64,000 nt of DNA. It comes from the human T2T-CHM13v2.0 reference genome, Homo sapiens. Below the pieces are notes generated by a model that was not told where the DNA came from, ran no database searches, and saw nothing but the letters and a program-made list of their open reading frames with translations. Of this stretch, positions 37,866-56,957 are shown piece after piece; position 1 is the stretch's first letter, and the number at the start of each line of letters is the position of its first letter. The position numbers were made by a program, and so were the translations under genes. The stretch lies in NCBI RefSeq assembly GCF_009914755.1, contig NC_060934.1; one strand, given 5' to 3'.

Positions 37866-40800
37866 ACTCCACGGAGATGACTCTCCCTAAAAGGTGGCGT
37901 TATTATTTTTGGAGTTTCTGCTTTGATGTCGCCTGTGCTCTCTGGCAGAATCCGTCCGTAAGGAAGTCAGCAGCCTTGTGCACCAACAGCCAACTTCATG
38001 GCTCAGCAAGTGACCAGGCATCTGCCCGGGTCCCGGAGGGCAACCCATTGAATGCTGCCCTTGAGTCATCCCCACCAGTGTCCCCAGGCATAGGACATCA
38101 CAGCCCCAGCAGGCAGAGCTCACGGGAAGCCTGCTGCTCCCAGGGCTTTGGTGTTTTTCCAGAAGAAAAAGGAGGAGGAAATGAAATGGCCTTTCCTCAT
38201 TTGCTGTGCAGCCCTTTATCCAAGTGTAAATCAAACTCCTCCAACACACACCTGCACAACAGCTTGTAAACTGCAGGAGGGCGTGGAGTTTTTCTGTCTT
38301 GTTCTTCAGTATGTCCTTGGTGCCTAGGACAGTGCCTGGCATGGAATAGGGGTCTGAATAGTAATCGTGATAATGATGACAATGCTTACTGGGTAGGTAC
38401 CGCTTACTATGTGACACACCCTACCCTTATCACTATGTTAATATGATCACATTGAGTAGTGCTCCCCACAGCCTATCAGGGAGGTACTGAGATTATCCTG
38501 TTTTCCAGACTAGGAAACAGGCCTAAGGAGGGGAAGGGACTTGCCCAAAGTGAGATTCCCTCTTACTTGCCTCCTGTGTGATTCACTGCTGTTGGCATCA
38601 CCCCTGAAACTCCAAGCCCCTCACTTTGCCCGAGAAGAGGAGGAGAGTGGAGTGGAGAGGAATCCAGACAAGAAGACTCAAAACTGCTCCTTCTGGGTGA
38701 CAGAGGGGAGAGAGACAGCCAGAGAAAGAGAGAAAAAGGGGATAATGAGAAAGAGAAAGGGAAGAAAGAACCGTGTTCAGCATCAGCAGGGAAGCGTTGC
38801 CTTGGCTCTCCACTGGCAACCACTGGATAAGGAGTGATGATGGCATCCTGACGCATGGGAGAATCCTTGGGGAACTGCCGCATGCAATCACTGAAGCAGG
38901 GGATTGTGACATTGCAATGTCTTTCCAGGGAGCTTCAGACTCCTGTCCTCCAGCCACATTTAGTGTTAAGAGCAGGGGCCCCAGTATATATCCCAGAAAG
39001 GTGACAACTTTGGCTTCAGAATAACTATAATAATTATAAACAAAATAGTTATAAAACATTAACTTTAGAGATTCCTAGAGCAAGTGGAAAAATCAGGCAC
39101 CAGAATCTCACATTGAAGAGATACATGCACACAACCTGTCCAGCACAGGATGAGTGTATATCTAAAACTCATCAGAAACCTTTGAGAAATAGTCCTCTAG
39201 ATTTAAAATACATTTTCCAGAATACTCTGGAGTTCATCCTTTGCCTTTGTCTGGAACATCATGGCAGGCCCCCCCGTACCCTCATTCTCACTGGAACCTC
39301 TCTTCCCACTGGTGTTCCTATCTGCATATACACTTGAGGTCACTTCCTCAGATGAAAGCAACAAGCATTTCTTCCCTCCAAAAAATACATGCAAAATTTC
39401 TCAGATACTTTCATGAAATTCATAGATCCCCTAAACTTCATTCACATATTCTTCTGTGGTTATGGACCCCCCTCCCAACAAAAAAACAATTCTATAAGTG
39501 GCCTTGTATAAATAAAATATCAGCAACAAACATAAATGAAACCTCCAAGAAGTACCTTGGGTTATTCTGCCAACGTCACACAAATCTCTTCTATAACTTG
39601 GCCTAAAGACCTCAACACCCACGTACTGACATTCTTGAGTTTGACCGTTAAAATAATCTAGTACAATCTAGTTGCTCCTTAAGGAAGAGATGTATTACTT
39701 GCTGGGGCCTCAGAAATCCCAATCCTGGTCTAAGGGAACTTTCTGTTGAATGCCGATTCCAACTGTCTATTGGAAAATGGCTCAAAGGAGCATTTGACAG
39801 AGTCAGAGCCCCTCTGAAATGCCACACAGTCTGTGCCTTCCAGAGATCCAGCCCCTGCATCCTGAGGCTAAGCCACCTACCCAAGCCGACCTTGGTTACA
39901 GTATGCACTGGACAGTCCTCTAATTCAGGAACAGGTTTTGTGGAAGCCTGTAATTCTACTCTTTTCCTAATCCCTGTAAAATTAATCCAGACATTTCCAC
40001 ACTTCCCTAAAGCTCTACCCACCCTCTCAAGTGTAGCTCTCTAGGGAAGCTCTTATAGCCTTTTGTTTGCTCAATAGACTTAAGCCACTTCACTATTGCT
40101 TTGCAAAACTCATCAACCGAGGGTTTGGTCATCAACTGAGGGTTTGGTCTGCAACTCGTTCTACTTGTATTTTGGTTCTTAGGTGTGAAGAGCTTTTGCA
40201 ACTTGCTAGGCCTCCTGACCTTCCCTTCCTCTTTCCTGGCCTACTTTGCAACTTGTGGTGAGTCCTTCCTACCTCCCCACATGCTCTATGGTTTCCTGAA
40301 ACCTTCACCACACTTCAGCTAAGCAGTCATTCTTAATTCCACTTCCCCTTATACCTCCATACTTAAATACATATACATATTATATTAAATATATAACATG
40401 AACTTGTTAACAAAAGAAAAGCAATCAACTAGTGCATTGCTCCATCTCCATTCTCTAATAATTCTCTAATTCTTGAGATCCATGCCAATCTTCACGTATC
40501 TAATGCACATGTTTGACTGCATAGAGTATGTGGTTGATTCAGTCAATAGGCAGTCTTTCTGGCTGTCTGTCCTTCACTTAAGTGTCATGTTTTTGTGCTT
40601 TGGTTTCAGAACGATGCCTCTCATGGTGCTTATCATCTGAGATGACTCTGCCAGTGGCAGAAAATAGAAGAGTTTTGGTCTACTGGTAGGTTGGTTTGTA
40701 GGTTGGCTGACTTTAGCTACTGAACCAAGAAAAATATCTTGGGGAATCTACTGATTCTGCTACACATTAGTGTTGTTCATTGTGAAGCCCCTGGCTGGGG

Positions 40801-41479
40801 GAGGGGTCACACAAGGAGGTGCTCATGTTTGTGGGACCCTCACACAGCGTTCCCAAATGAGGCCACCAGGGACTGATCTGTGCTGGTGTCTGCTCTCCTT
40901 GCTGTTTTCATTGGAGTCAAAAGTTGTAAAATCTTTCTCTAGTTGCTAAACTAAAATTGTGGCCATGTCCAAAACCCCATATAAACCCAGACTTGTCACT
41001 TTCCTCAGTGCTAGAATAGAAGCAAGCAAAAAAGAAAAAGAAGCAAGAAAGAAATATTATCTCCAATATCCCCAGCCACCAACTGAATTTATGTGGCAAC
41101 CAGCAATAGCAATTAAAAGGGAGAAAATGACAAGAAAGCCATTTTTCTTATTTACAGCTCGAACTCTAAACCCAGTATTTCCTCTGGTTCTTGATCTACT
41201 CTTTCTAGGTGAAGTCTTTTTCTTCAAACTCAGCTGCAGAGGTTGAGGAGAATAGTCTTGGGGTTGGTTTTTGGAGCTCAATTGCTTCCTAAGACTAGTG
41301 TATTTCTACACTTGCACTTTGGAGAAAAGCAACTGCTGTTCTTTGGGCTCCTTGTACCTATTACATAACCTTGAACAAATCATTGGTTCCTACGGTCTTC
41401 CTCAATTTGTCCCTCTGAACGCTGGGTCAAATGAAATATTTCTTATTTTCAGGGGCTTCAGGGGCCACCAGAAGGATGG

Positions 41480-41825
41480 TGTATTAGTCTGTTTTCATAC
41501 TGCTGATAAAGATATACCAGAGACTGGGAAGAAAAAGAGGTTTAATGAACTCCCAGTTCCATGTGGCTGCACAATCATGGCAGAAGGTGAAAGGCACTTC
41601 TTATATGGCAGTGGCAAGGGAGAAGAATGAGAGCGAAATAAAAGCAGAAACCCCTTAAAACCATCAGATCTTGTGAGATTTATTCACTACCACAAGAACA
41701 GTATGGGGGAAACTTCCCCCATGATTCCATTATCTCCCACTGGGTCCCTCCCACAACATGTGGGAATTATGGGAACTACAATTCAAGATGAGATTTGGGT
41801 GGGGACACAGAGCCAAACCATATCA
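41480..41825 (-). mobile_element. THE1C-like MaLR solo LTR
   Basis: tgtattagtctgttttcatactgctgataaaga...gggacacagagccaaaccatatca; perfect TSD gatgg. Confidence 0.94.
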
Positions 41826-42689
41826 GATGGTGAGTAAATGAAGATATAGTAGTACCATTAAATGAAGTGTATTTCCTCTCCTTCAAGACTACCAAATCAG
41901 TAATGCCATCCTGAGAAGGATTAATCTGCTCTTTATTTTACCACTCGAAGATGAAAAGAGCAAAATTAAGTACAACATTAAAATTAGAATCCTCTGTTTA
42001 GAGAAGCTTCAGTTACTTCCACGAACCAGGCCATTAAGTATACGGCACCGAGCTGCTTCCTGATGATAACAGCAGGATGAAGCCAGCAGGAGGCCGTGGG
42101 TGAAGGATGGTACTTAGGTGTCTGTTTGGGTCTGTAGTAATCTCAGATAGAGTGTATTGTAAGACAAAACATTTAATGTATTATTTCCTATGACCAAGGA
42201 TGAGTTTTCCCAGCAACGATTGCATCCCTGGAAGCTGAAGTCATTGTAGTCTAAACATAAAATGGCACAAACGAATCAGCTTCTGGGCTATAAAGAAAAT
42301 AGAGTAAGTTTTGTAAGCACAACAGATTGTTTGGAAAATAAAGAAAGAAACATGTGTTTCCCAGGTTTTACGAAGCCCTATAGCCTACTTACAGGGCCAT
42401 TGATGTCCAGTCATGTGTCATTTAATGGCAGGAATACATTCTGAGAAATGCGTTATTAGGTGATTTTGTTATGCGAACCATAGGGTGAATTTACACAAAC
42501 CTAGATGGTAGAGCCTACTGCACACTGGGGCTGTATGGCATAGCCCATTGCTCCTAGGCTACAAAAAACTACACCATGCAACTGCTCTGAAAGCTGTAGG
42601 CAATTGTAACACAATGGCAAGTATCTGTGTATCAAAACCTGTGTAAACATAGAAAATGTACAGTAAGAACATGGTATAGAAGATAAAAA

Positions 42690-43305
<616 letters not shown>

Positions 43306-43853
43306 GATAAAAAGTGATACAGTTGTATAGGGGACTTCCCATGAATGGGGCTGGCGGGAATGGAAATTGCGGAAGTTGCTTTTGATGAGCCAATGAGTGG
43401 TAAGTAAATGTGAAGGCCTAGGACATTACTGTACACTTTTATACGATTGGCAGTGCAGTAGGTTTGTTTATACCAGTATCCCCACAAACACATTGTGCTA
43501 TGACATTAGGCAATAGGAATTTTTCAGCTCCATTATAGTCTTATGGGACCCCCATCGTATACACCATCCATCATTGACTGAAACATCCTGATTTGCCACA
43601 TGACTGTATTAACTTTTAGTGATTGAATCCAAACCTGGGCTTTTTCAGCCTCTGTCTATTACCTTGAGCAGATAGACTTTGTTCCTAAACAATATCAGTT
43701 CTTGCAATGTTGGGAAAACTTACAAAAATATCTTTGAAAATCCTCTTAATACACATGTAGGGTGACATTCCACAGCCAGAAGGATCAGGTGAGCTGATGG
43801 ACTGACACTCCAAGGACAAACTTACTCTGCAGTTTATTTTAGAACTCAGCTGG

Positions 43854-44213
43854 TAATATGGTTTGGCTGTGTCCCCACCCAAATCTCATCTTGAATTCCC
43901 ACATGTTGTGAAAGGGACCCAGTGGGAGGTAATTGAATCAAAGGGGCAGGTATTTCCCTTGCTGTTCTCATGATAGGGAGTAAGTCTCACGAGATCTGAC
44001 GGTTATCATAAGAGGGAGTTTTCCTGCACAAGCTCTCTCTGTCTCTGCTTGCTGCTATCCATGTAAGACATGACTTGCTCCTCCTTGCCTTCTACCATGA
44101 TTGTGAGGCCTCTCCAGCCATGTGGAACTGTAAGTCTAGTTAAACCTCTGTCTTTTGTAAACTGCCCAGTCTCAGGTATGTCTTTACCCATAGTGTGAAA
44201 GCGGACTAATACA
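43854..44213 (+). mobile_element. THE1B-like MaLR solo LTR
   Basis: taatatggtttggctgtgtccccacccaaatctcatcttgaattcccac...gcggactaataca; TSD gctgg/cctgg. Confidence 0.93.
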
Positions 44214-45231
44214 CCTGGAATCTCAGCTTTGTTTTTTATGCTTTAAAAGAGTTATACCACCTGAACTCTCATTTGTCTAAATTAGGACAAGTTCAGCCAT
44301 TTCAAAGAACACTGACCTACCACATTTCACTGAATAAGATACAAAGATTATTACCTGTATATTTAACTTTTAATCTAGGCTTTCTGGCATCAAAGTGGAT
44401 TAAACCCAGTTTACTAAGGACCCACCCCACCAAAACAAATCCAGAATTCCCTAGGCAATAATAATCTTCAATAATATTGACATTTGCCTAAACAATGAGA
44501 TTAACTATAAATTCCATATTTGAAAGTACATTTTGCCATTGAATTTATTTCATTCTCTTCAAATGTCTTAAGGATGTTTTCTGCACATATTTCAGGGTTT
44601 TTTTTTTTATACATTCAGAACAGAAGAACAGACAAAATTGTCACTCCGAAATAAGTTCCTGCTGTTTCATAAATATCACAGTATGAACAACTTGTCAAAA
44701 AGATATTAATAAAAATTTGAGGAATTTTTTTATGAATGCAGTTGAGTTTGACAACCTTTCATAGTGAAAATGAGTCTAAAGAAAAATGAGCTATTCTTCA
44801 ACCATTATTTTTATTTGTCTTCACTTATAATTTTGGGGTGTTATAATTGGCTTCTGAATTTATTGTTCACGTCATACATAGATGAAGAGATGGATGAAAG
44901 AGGCTGAAAATATTCTACATTGTGAAAGGCTAAGAGTTTAGAACCACAGGCAAGAGACTGTGAAGTCTCAGTACTCGTATACAGGAAAAGATCTTGGATC
45001 CCCAAACTCTACTGAAGACATCTCACGAAACATAGAACCCATCGATTATCATCCTTGGCTGCATGTTAGAATAATCTGGAGAGCTTTAAAAATGCTGATG
45101 TCCAGCATTAATACCCAGACTAATTAAATCCAGTCTTCTCATTGACAAGACAGCCTGGAGTAGCCATTTGGGACAATCATGGAATCAATGCTTCAAGTCT
45201 TTCTCATCACCCATGATCTCCCATTTGTAAT

Positions 45232-46252
45232 TGTAGTAGATTAAATAGCATTCCCCCAAAACGTATATCTACCCAGAACCCCAGAATATGACCTTATTTG
45301 GAAATATAATTAATTGAGGATGAAGACAAGCTCATACTGGATTAGGGTGGGTCCTAAATTCAATGACAAGCATCCTTGTAAGAAAAGGGGGGGACACAGA
45401 GAGACACAGACACCCACAGGAAAGAAGGCTATGTGAAAAGGGTCACAAAGATAGGGGTTATACTGTCACAAGTTGGATTAGTCAGGGTTCTCTAGAGGGG
45501 CAGAACCAATAAAATATGTGTATATATGAAAGGGAGTTTATTAGGGGAATTGGCTCACACAATAACAAGATGAAGTGCCATGATAGGCTGTCTGCAAGCT
45601 GGGGAAAGACAGAGAAGCTGGTAGTGGCTCAGTACAAGTCCAAAAGCCTTAAAACCAGAGAAGCCAACATTGCAGCCTTCAGTCTGCAGCCAAAGGCCTA
45701 AGAGCACCCCTGAAACCCACAAGTGCAAGTCCCAGAGTGCAGAGGCCAAAGAACCTGGAGTCTGAGGTCCAAGGCCAGGAGGAGCAAAAGCAAGCATCCA
45801 GCAAGGGAAGAAGGAAAAGAGCCAGAAGACTCAGCAAGCAAACGGATCCCCCTTCTGCCTGCCTTGTTCCAGCCATGCTGGTAGCAGATTGGGTGGTGCC
45901 TATCTACATAGAGAGTGGGTCTTCCTCTCCTAGTCCACCCACTCAAACATCAATCTCCTCTGGCAACACCCTCCCAGACACACCCAGAAATAACACTTCA
46001 CCAGCCATCTAGGCATCCCTCAATACAATCAAGTTGACAACTACTATTAACCATCACACAAGCCTTGGAGGGCTCCGGGCCACCAGGAGCTGGAAGAGGC
46101 AAGGAAGGTGTCTTCCCTAGAGACTTTGGTGAGACATTGACCCAGCGGACACCTCGATGTCTGACTCATAGAACTGTTGAAAACTTAATGTCCACTGTGT
46201 TAAGCCACCCAGCTAAGATATTTTATTATGGCAGCCCTAGTAAGCTGATACA
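45232..46252 (+). mobile_element. MLT1C-like MaLR LTR, split by MLT2
   Basis: tgtagtagattaaat...gaccttatttggaaata...ggagctggaagaggcaaggaagg...gcagccctagtaagctgataca. Confidence 0.88.
45474..46058 (-). mobile_element. MLT2A/B-like ERVL solo LTR
   Basis: Reverse complement starts tgtgatggttaatagtagttgtcaacttgattg; TSD caagt/caagc. Confidence 0.9.
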
Positions 46253-48277
46253 GCGACCTTCCCCTCATCTTTGGATTACAGAATGAACTACCAGGCAAGG
46301 CAATTTCTTAATATCATGGACATTTAAGTCTCATTGTAAATATGGGCTGGACTCCATCTGGGTACAGAACTGTTCTGAGATCTTACTTACCACCGTGAGA
46401 ACACAAAATTAGAGTGGGCACTGAAGCCCTGATCCAAACCTTTCACCTCCATATTATCCTTAATACCACATCTGAAACTGTAAGCTCAAATGGCTATGCT
46501 CCAGGCTTCTTCCAACACTACTTTAGATTTTCCAGGTGGATGAAAAAGAAGAGAAAGGCTTGGTAATTGATATGAAATATGCTATGATTGTGACTACTTG
46601 ATTCATACTCTTTACCACTTTGTCAATTATTAATCTAATGAAATAATAACTAATTTGCTTTTAGAAATCCCAGTAACAAATACTTAGGGTAAAGTTTGGT
46701 CTCATTTTGTCATACTAAGAGATTAAATTAAATATTAGTTGTAGAGACAGGATGCAGAAAAGCAGGACAGAGGGATTAGCGTGAAATTCCCTAAAACAGT
46801 GTTTCTCAAACCCAGTACATTTATATATAAGGGAAACAATATTTTGCAAAAAGTATTCTTACTATTTCTGATGCACTCTGATCTTTTAAACTCTTTTTTG
46901 ATCTTGATATTGATGTACAAAATTCATTTCATGCCCTAAAAATGAGTCTCAACTGTGATCTTAACCCCTAATTGGGGAAATTTGATTATGGATTAGGCAT
47001 AACATGATATCAAAGATGCTATCTTTGTGTTAGGTGTAATAATGGCATTGTGGTTCTCTAAGAAAATGTCCTTATCTCTTAGAGATTCAATGAGAAGAAA
47101 ATCTGGATGCTCTTAGAGGCACGTTTCCTTCCTGGTCTTAGTGGCTTAATCACCCTGGCTCAGCTAGCCCGGGCCCATCCGCAGGAGGCACAGAGGCCTT
47201 AGTCTAATGTTCACATTCCTGACAAGCAAGACTGGTTCCAGGCCCTTGCAGGCAGATGTTGGCCCTCAGCATGCCTCAAGTTATTCCTAGGCCTGGAAAT
47301 TCTTTGATATATTTCTTGTTATTTGAAGAAACTAGGTATGTGCACCCACCTCCCCTTATGCTCACTCATATAACCCCAGGTAACACAAAGAGGAAGCAGG
47401 GCTCTCTCTCCTGACTGCCCTGTCTCCTGAAACTTTGGCCATCCATGCCTGGCTTACAGCATGAAACTTTGAGAGGAGGGAATTTGTCAGGCACTCTGCT
47501 GCTTCTCCACTTGTAAGTTTCCCCCATTAAGGCCCATGATACATTTGCATCATTTGGCAGTAGGGACGGCTTGTGTGACAAGATACATCCTGAATACGTA
47601 AGAATGCAATGACAGGTGCCTGGGGGGATCTGTTTTAAATACTTCATTAAGGGGGAGAAAAAGGATAGATGGGGCAAACGTGATGCAACCTTGATAATGG
47701 CTGGATCTGTGTAGTGGGAATGTGGAGGTTCATGTTACTATTCTATTTTGCATATGTTTGTACATTTTCATAAGAAAGAATTTTAAAAAGACATGCACAC
47801 ACAATACTGCCCCAGAATGTCTCTTGCCCTGGAACTTGAACCTTATAGGATAACTTTGAGATTTTTGGAGAAAGCTGTGTATTGATCCTCAAATTATCAT
47901 TTCATGGAAAAACAGAAAGAAGAAAGGAAAAATCCATCTGGTAAAACATTTCTATCCAGAAAACTTCTACAATTACTTCTGCATTTACATGGTAAGACAG
48001 AGACAATAAGGGCAGAATTTAGCCCTCTTCCTAGTCACTGTGACATTGTTTTTTATCTTTGTCTATATGGCTAATCTCTCCAACTAAATGGGAAACTGGG
48101 TAAGGGCAGGGATATTGACTAATGTCCCTTTGCCTTTTCTAGAAAAAGACAACTTGCATATTGCAGGCATTTTATCAATATTTTTAGTTGATTGAGCTAC
48201 ATAGACGTACTTGTAGTTATAGCTTTAAGTTTGGGCACACTTGCTTGCATTCTTCTACTTCCTTTAAAAAATGCATT

Positions 48278-48535
<258 letters not shown>

Positions 48536-48624
48536 TTACTTGTATATAGTAAAAATAAAAACCTACTGTTAGCCAGAGTTTTCAACTGGAGAGCCATCAC
48601 TAAGCTTATTAGATAATAGTTTAA

Positions 48625-48845
48625 AATATATATTAAGCATTTACTCTGTGTCCATCCCTCTGCAAAATGCTTTATGTAAATTATCCCACTTAATCTTCAT
48701 AGTAATCCTAGAACAGTTACTGTCAGAACCTTCAGATAGGGAAACTGAGGCACAGAGATTAAGACTTGTGACTTTCTTAGTGTCACAAAGCTACTTAGCA
48801 ACAGAGACAGATTTTAAACCTCGGAAGAATGACTGATGCCAGAAT
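48625..48845 (-). mobile_element. MIR SINE
   Basis: ttaagcatttactctgtg...cagatagggaaactgaggcacagaga. Confidence 0.75.
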
Positions 48846-49773
48846 CCTTTCTTTCAAAGGCCCTCTCTCCTGCAGTTCAGATGAGGCCCATGAGGTAGTG
48901 CTCTTGAGCACAGTATCTAAGAGGACTCGGAATCTGCTTGGCCCACGTGATCCTGAAAGCTACATTATGCACCGTCATATGCTATTAAAAATGACATAAA
49001 GGACCCACATCTATTGCGCATTGAACCTACCATGCACTATGCTAGCTGCTTTACAAACATTGTTTAATCTTCCCGTAAGGAAGAGACCTGATTAATTACT
49101 ATTATACTAATTCAACATTATATCAAGATATATCAATGTAACATCAAGATATATCAAGAAATCAAATATCTGTCTAAATATGGGAAACAGGGTACAGCCT
49201 GGTGTTGGCTGATGGCTTGGTGGCTGAATTTACTCCAACATAAAGTGGGGCAAATCAAGAATGCTAACAGGCACCTTAGCATGACCAGGTGACTGTCATC
49301 AGTGAATAAATGTAGGAGGCAAACTTCTGAAACATTACTAGAGGGACAGGGAGAAGGACAGAGTCTCTGTGAAAAGTATAGAGTTTGGTAAACTGAAGAT
49401 GAGTGCCGAGCAAAGAAAAAACAGGCAAGGGGGACAATCAAGTGCACGGGAGGAGAGGAGAGACAGTGATTTTGTAAGAAACAGGAGTGTAGACAAGATG
49501 GTGGCAGGAAGGAAATCCTCAATGAATTGGGAATTTGAGTGTCACTTCCATCTATTTTACATCTAAGTCACACAATAGAATAAACATGTATCAGAACAAA
49601 TTAAGAAAAATAATCCCGTAAGGAAAGAAAAGAAATTCCCACTTCAGATAATCAAATTATGTGATCAAATAAGTGAGCAAAGAGGTTTATATATATTTGC
49701 TCTTACCAATTGAATGAGTATAGTCACTGTAGAAAACATTACGCTAGTTCCTCAAAAACTTAAAATTACCATC

Positions 49774-50128
49774 TGCAATGCACAGAATGTTTGTGTCTCT
49801 TCAAAATTTATATCTTCAAAACCTAACCTCCAATATGACAGTATTAGGAAGTGGGGTTCTTAGGTCATGAGGACAGAGCCCTCATGAGGGGGATTAATAC
49901 CCTTATAAAGGGACCCCAGAGAGCTCTCTCCCCCTCTTTTCCTGCGGTGAAAATATAACAAGAAGTCAGTAGTCTGCAAACCAGAAGACAGCCTTCACCC
50001 AAACTCTACTGTGCTGGCACCCTGATCTCAGATGTCTGGCCTCCTCAACTGTGAGAAATCAATTTCTGTTGTTTGTAAGACACTCGATCTATGGTGTCTT
50101 GTCATAATAGCCTGAACGGACCAAGACA
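49774..50128 (+). mobile_element. MSTD/MLT1A-like MaLR solo LTR
   Basis: tgcaatgcacagaatgtttgtgtc...cccttataaagggaccccagagagc...cctgaacggaccaagaca. Confidence 0.87.
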
Positions 50129-50636
50129 CCCTATGATACAACAATTCCTCTTCTCAGTATATGCACAAAAGAATTGAAAGCGGAATTTCAAAGAGAAATC
50201 TGTACACTCGTGTTCATAACAGCATTGTTCACAGTAGCTAAAATATGGCTGCAATCCAGAAGTCCATCAATGGAGGAATGGATAGCACAATGACAATGTA
50301 GTATATACAGACAATGGAATATCATTCAGTCTTAAAAAAGAGAGGAAATGCTGATACATGTTACAACATAGATGAACCTTGAGGACATTATCCTGAGTGA
50401 AATAAGCCAATCACAAAATGACAAATACAATACGATTCCACTTATATGATATACCTAAGGTAATCAAAATTATATAGATAGAAAGTAGAATGGCGGTTGC
50501 CAGGGCCTGGGAATGGGAGGGAATGGGGAGTTATTATTTAATAGGTACATAGTTTCAGTTTTGCAAGATGAAAAGAGCTCTGGAGATGGATGATGGCAAT
50601 GATTGCAGAACAATGTGAACGTACTTGATGTCACTA

Positions 50637-51047
<411 letters not shown>

Positions 51048-51416
51048 CTAAGGACCCTGAATTAAAAATCAAACAGACTTTGGGAAAATATTTTTTATTA
51101 GTTTTTTTGCTGGGCAGAAGAAACACATGGCACAATATGTCTAGTTACTTTTCTGCCAGCTTGAGAGCCAAAAACTCCATCCTTAGGTATCATGTCCCCA
51201 GCACCCAGCATGATCCATGGTACATATTAGATTCCAAAAACAGTTTCTGCACAATTGGAAAAGGTCAAAGAAAAATAAGAGAGGGGTCAAAGATGTCTCA
51301 TAGAGAGAAAACACTGATCAAGCAGTTTTATCACTAAACAATCAGCAGTTCAGTGAAGAGTAGGTTGGATTTTTTTTGGGTGGGGGGGATGCAGAATCCT
51401 TCTCGTGCTGGAGTAG

Positions 51417-51795
<379 letters not shown>

Positions 51796-52512
51796 TCTCT
51801 GCCTTCTTTTTTATTATTATTATTACTATTATTATTATTATTATTTTAATTATACTTTAAGTTTTAGGGTACCTGTGCACATTGTGGAGGTTACATATGT
51901 ATACATGTGCCATGCTGGTGCGCTGCACCCACTAACTCGTCATCTAGCATTAGGTATATCTCCCAATGCTATCCCTCCCCCCTCCCCCCTCCCCACCACA
52001 GTCCCCAGAGTGTGATATTCCCCTTCCTGTGTCCATGTGATCTCATTGTTCAATTCCCACCTATGAGTGAGAATATGCGGTGTTTGGTTTTTTGTTCTTG
52101 CGATAGTTTACTGAGAATGATGGTTTCCAATTTCATCCATGTCCCTACAAAGGACATGAACTCATCATTTTTTATGGCTGCATAGTATTCCATGGTGTAT
52201 ATGTGCCACATTTTCTTAATCCAGTCTATCATTGTTGGACATTTGGGTTGGTTCCAAGTCTTTGCTATTGTGAATAATGCTGCAATAAACATACATGTGC
52301 ATGTGTCTTTATAGCAGCATGATTTATAGTCATTTGGGTATATACCCAATAATGGGATGGCTGGGTCAAATGGTATTTCTAGTTGTAGATCCCTGAGGAA
52401 TCGCCACACTGACTTCCACAATGGTTGAACTAGTTTACAGTCCCACCAACAGTGTAAAAGTGTTCCTATTTCTCCACATCCTCTCCAGCACCTGTTGTTT
52501 CCTGACTTTTTA

Positions 52513-55893
<3,381 letters not shown>

Positions 55894-55941
55894 TTATTTT
55901 GCTCGTTAGTTGATGCAGTTTCTTCCTAGTCTTGATGGTCT

Positions 55942-56957
55942 TTACATTTTGGCATGATTTTGCAGCAGCTGGTACCAGTTGTTCCTTTCCATGTTTAGCA
56001 CTTCCTTCAGGAGCTCTTTTAGGGCAGGCCTGGTGGTGACAAAATCTCTCAGCATTTGCTTGTCTGTAAAGTATTTTATTTCTCCTTCACTTATGAAGCT
56101 TAGTTTGGCTGGATATGAAATTCTGGGTTGAAAATTCTTTTCTTTAAGAATGTTGAATATTGGCCCCCACTCTCTTCTGGCTTGTAGGGTTTCTGCCGAG
56201 AGATCCGCTGTTAGTCTGATGGGCTTCCCTTTGAGGGTAACCCGACCTTTCTCTCTGGCTGCCCTTAACATTTTTTCCTTCATTTCAACTTTGGTGAATC
56301 TGACAATTATGTGTCTTGGAGTTGCTCTTCTCGAGGAGTATCTTTGTGGTGTTCTCTGTATTTCCTGAATCTGAACGTTGGCCTGCCTTGCTAGATTGGG
56401 GAAGTTCTCCTGGATAATATCCTGCAGAGTGTTTTCCAACTTGGTTCCATTCTCCCCATCACTTTCAGGTACACCAATCAGACGTAGATTTGGTCTTTTC
56501 ACATAGTCCCATATTTCTTGGAGGCTTTGCTCATTTCTTTTTATTCCTTTTTCTCTAAACTTCCCTTCTCACTTCATTTCATTCATTTCATCTTCCCTTG
56601 CTGATACCCTTTCTTCCAGTTGATCGCATCAGCTCCTGAGGCTTCTGCATTCTTCACGTAGTTCTCAAGCCTTGGTTTTCAGCTCCATCAGCTCCTTTAA
56701 GCACTTCTCTGTATTAGTTATTCTAGTTATACATTCTTCTAAATTTTTTTCAAAGTTTTCAACTTCTTTGCCTTTGGTTTGAATGTCCTCCCGTAGCTCA
56801 GAGTAATTTGATCGTCTGAAGCCTTCCTCTCTCAGCTCGTCAAAATCATTCTCCGTCCAGCTTTGTTCCGTTGCTGGTGAGGAACTGCATTCCTTTGGAG
56901 GAGGAGAGGCGCTCTGCATTTTAGAGTTTCCAGTTTTTCTGTTCTGTTTTTCCCCAT
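55942..56957 (-). pseudogene. ORF1: L1 ORF1 pseudogene
   Basis: ATG at 56957 is followed by A5 instead of A6 (-1 frameshift). TGA at 56665-56667 after KTKA. The C-terminal half is intact (REKG, ARR, YPAKLS motifs). Confidence 0.93.

Noticed and set aside
37838-39059. Overlapping 143-176 aa ORFs on both strands
   Set aside because: No recognisable protein; they overlap MIR/L2 remnants and are expected in locally GC-richer DNA
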